Positions 62,901-64,000 of a stretch of DNA of 64,000 nucleotides are shown piece by piece. Positions within the stretch are counted from its first letter, which is position 1. Each line of letters begins with the position of its first letter. The position numbers were made by a program, and so were the translations under genes. Source of the DNA: Akkermansia muciniphila (lineage in GTDB: Bacteria > Verrucomicrobiota > Kiritimatiellia > RFP12 > JAAYNR01); contig CAMBQN010000013.1 of assembly GCA_945870025.1 (NCBI GenBank), forward strand, positions 5,825 through 69,824. The letters run 5' to 3'. A model generated the notes under the pieces. The model was not told the DNA's origin. It searched no databases and saw nothing but the letters and a program-made list of their open reading frames with translations.

Positions 62901-63332
62901 GACCTGACGGACGCCGCCATCGTCGACGGATGGTACCGCACGGGCGACATCGCCTGTATGGACGAGGATGGCTTTGTGCGCATCACCGACCGGCTGGCGC
63001 GTTTCAGTAAGCTGGGCGGCGAGATGGTGCCGCATGGCGCGATCGAGGAGGCGGTGCAGCAGGCCACGGGGCAAACCGAGCCGGTCGTGGCCGTGACTGC
63101 GGTACCCGACGACCGCCGCGGCGAACGTCTGGTCCTTTTCTACACGCCAGCCGCCGGCGCGGTGGAGGTGATTCATGCGGCGATTGCCGCCGCCCCGCTT
63201 CCCAACCTGTGGAAGCCCGGCCCTGAGGACTGCGTGCCCATCGAGGCTCTGCCGCTTCTGCCAACCGGGAAATTGGACCTTTCCCATCTGCGGGATTTGG
63301 CCAAGGCTGCCCGCCCGAATGATAAAATATGA
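59913..63332 (+). CDS. Triple fusion: MFS lysophospholipid transporter (LplT-like) + PlsC-type acyltransferase + AMP-dependent acyl-ACP synthetase (Aas-like)
   Basis: About 12 N-terminal TMs, acyltransferase 'NHASYLD' and 'FPEGELTRTG', and adenylation motifs 'LFSSGSTGTPKG', 'GYGATE', 'YRTGD', 'GGEMV'. The start is GTG 59913 or ATG 59916. Confidence 0.85.
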   Translation: MMTDVNTPQSPGIRSADFVGFNIALLLGALNDNFFKFLLVFYISRLHGIPADPAVIAVAGVVFVVPFLTLTPLAGVMADRFSKSRLLQIIKAAEIFIMLAGWIAFRMESVPGLYLTLALMSAQSALFGPAKYSILPELVRPPELSRGNAVVAVCTYLAIIAASGLAPWVVECVHGNYVDAQGVAIALAVIGFIASLLVGRTCAAGTARKVSWFVCDDVWRTLRDLRAHDYLIGAIFGSAFFSLVGAFVQGNILSYGVQHMGMSQEHSAYLFLVAAAGISAGSWLAGRLSGRLIEFGIVPIGVLVMAFGALVFGLAPHSIATVAVLLVLTGVGGGLFLIPLDAFIQRDAPADRRAEAVAAASFIGWLGVLAAQGIIAGNRAIGLTPAHGFAVLGAMTLVTGVLAVRVLPDFLTRFVVLVFTRLLCRVRVSGLAHVPESGGALIVSNHASYLDAALLIATQQRRLRFVVWRGIYQEWRLLRWVFRILNCIPISGDDPPRQLAAAIQAARKAVQEGYLVVIFPEGELTRTGHIRAFRRGFEKVVKGTGAPIIPVYLGGAWGSLGSYYRGSGIRRLPRLGRYPISVIYGRPLPTDTPHDQVQQAVTELSCDYFAERKQGRRPLGEAALRALRQRAWRPLLADTMGWSLTGWSAAAGACLCAARLRHLGPPGTPVGILLPASVAGAMANVGAQVAGLVPVNLNFTASPEALRSAITQSGLRVVITSPALLARLNVHDLPAGQLDIASILQASRVRRGFAALVGLLLPVRLIVRRAAGFGGDTPAAILFSSGSTGTPKGIVLSHHNLFSNVESLRMVFETRADDRLLAALPFFHSFGFTASIWHPVLSGVPVTYHANPLDAAGIGKACREHACSLLFSTPTFLALYTRKIEPADFRRLRFVATGAERLRPAVAEAFQARFGVAPREGYGATELSPVAAFSVPDVSVGGAQQIGSKPGSVGLPVPGVVMKVVDPETGCGLPSGTPGLLLVKGPNVMLGYLNREDLTDAAIVDGWYRTGDIACMDEDGFVRITDRLARFSKLGGEMVPHGAIEEAVQQATGQTEPVVAVTAVPDDRRGERLVLFYTPAAGAVEVIHAAIAAAPLPNLWKPGPEDCVPIEALPLLPTGKLDLSHLRDLAKAARPNDKI

Positions 63333-63335
63333 TAA

Positions 63336-64000
<665 letters not shown>

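Overview
This is a visibly GC-rich bacterial chromosomal segment, mostly housekeeping genes with a few accessory or degraded patches. The gene content suggests a PVC-superphylum-type organism (Verrucomicrobia, Lentisphaerae or Kiritimatiellae-like): a dcw-type block topA-murC/murB fusion-ddl-ftsQ-ftsA-divergent ftsZ, an exosortase/EpsI gene, a DUF2723 membrane protein and large secreted glycan-binding proteins. That taxonomy is inference only.

I can support about 45 protein-coding genes. They include proA, grpE, dnaJ, rsmE, purN, rpmI, rplT, aspS, dprA, topA, ddl, ftsQAZ, pyrE and a 3'-truncated mreB that is missing from the ORF track because it runs off the window end. Other supported genes:
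- two back-to-back ABC systems, one FtsX/MacB-type and one Mod-like with a duplicated binding protein
- a GH2 glycosidase next to a ~2300-aa secreted protein
- an SNF2 helicase plus SWIM zinc-finger pair
- an LplT-PlsC-Aas triple fusion

I found no rRNA, tRNA or CRISPR array by eye.

The structures not explained by genes are:
1. Two ~142-bp TIR-bounded MITE-like elements in inverted orientation, bracketing a 4.2-kb segment. One has an 8-bp target duplication; the other supplies the purN stop codon.
2. A degraded IS4-type transposase whose end resembles the MITE TIR, next to a 26-bp perfect inverted repeat built from the same hexamer motifs.
3. A second family of complex palindromic intergenic elements (two copies), and a CTGAAA octamer array.
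4. A phage capsid/scaffold relic upstream of rpmI.

No clear-cut novel multi-gene system is demonstrable from sequence alone. The best candidates are listed with modest scores. Many long ORFs in the track are antisense shadows of real genes in GC-rich DNA and were rejected.
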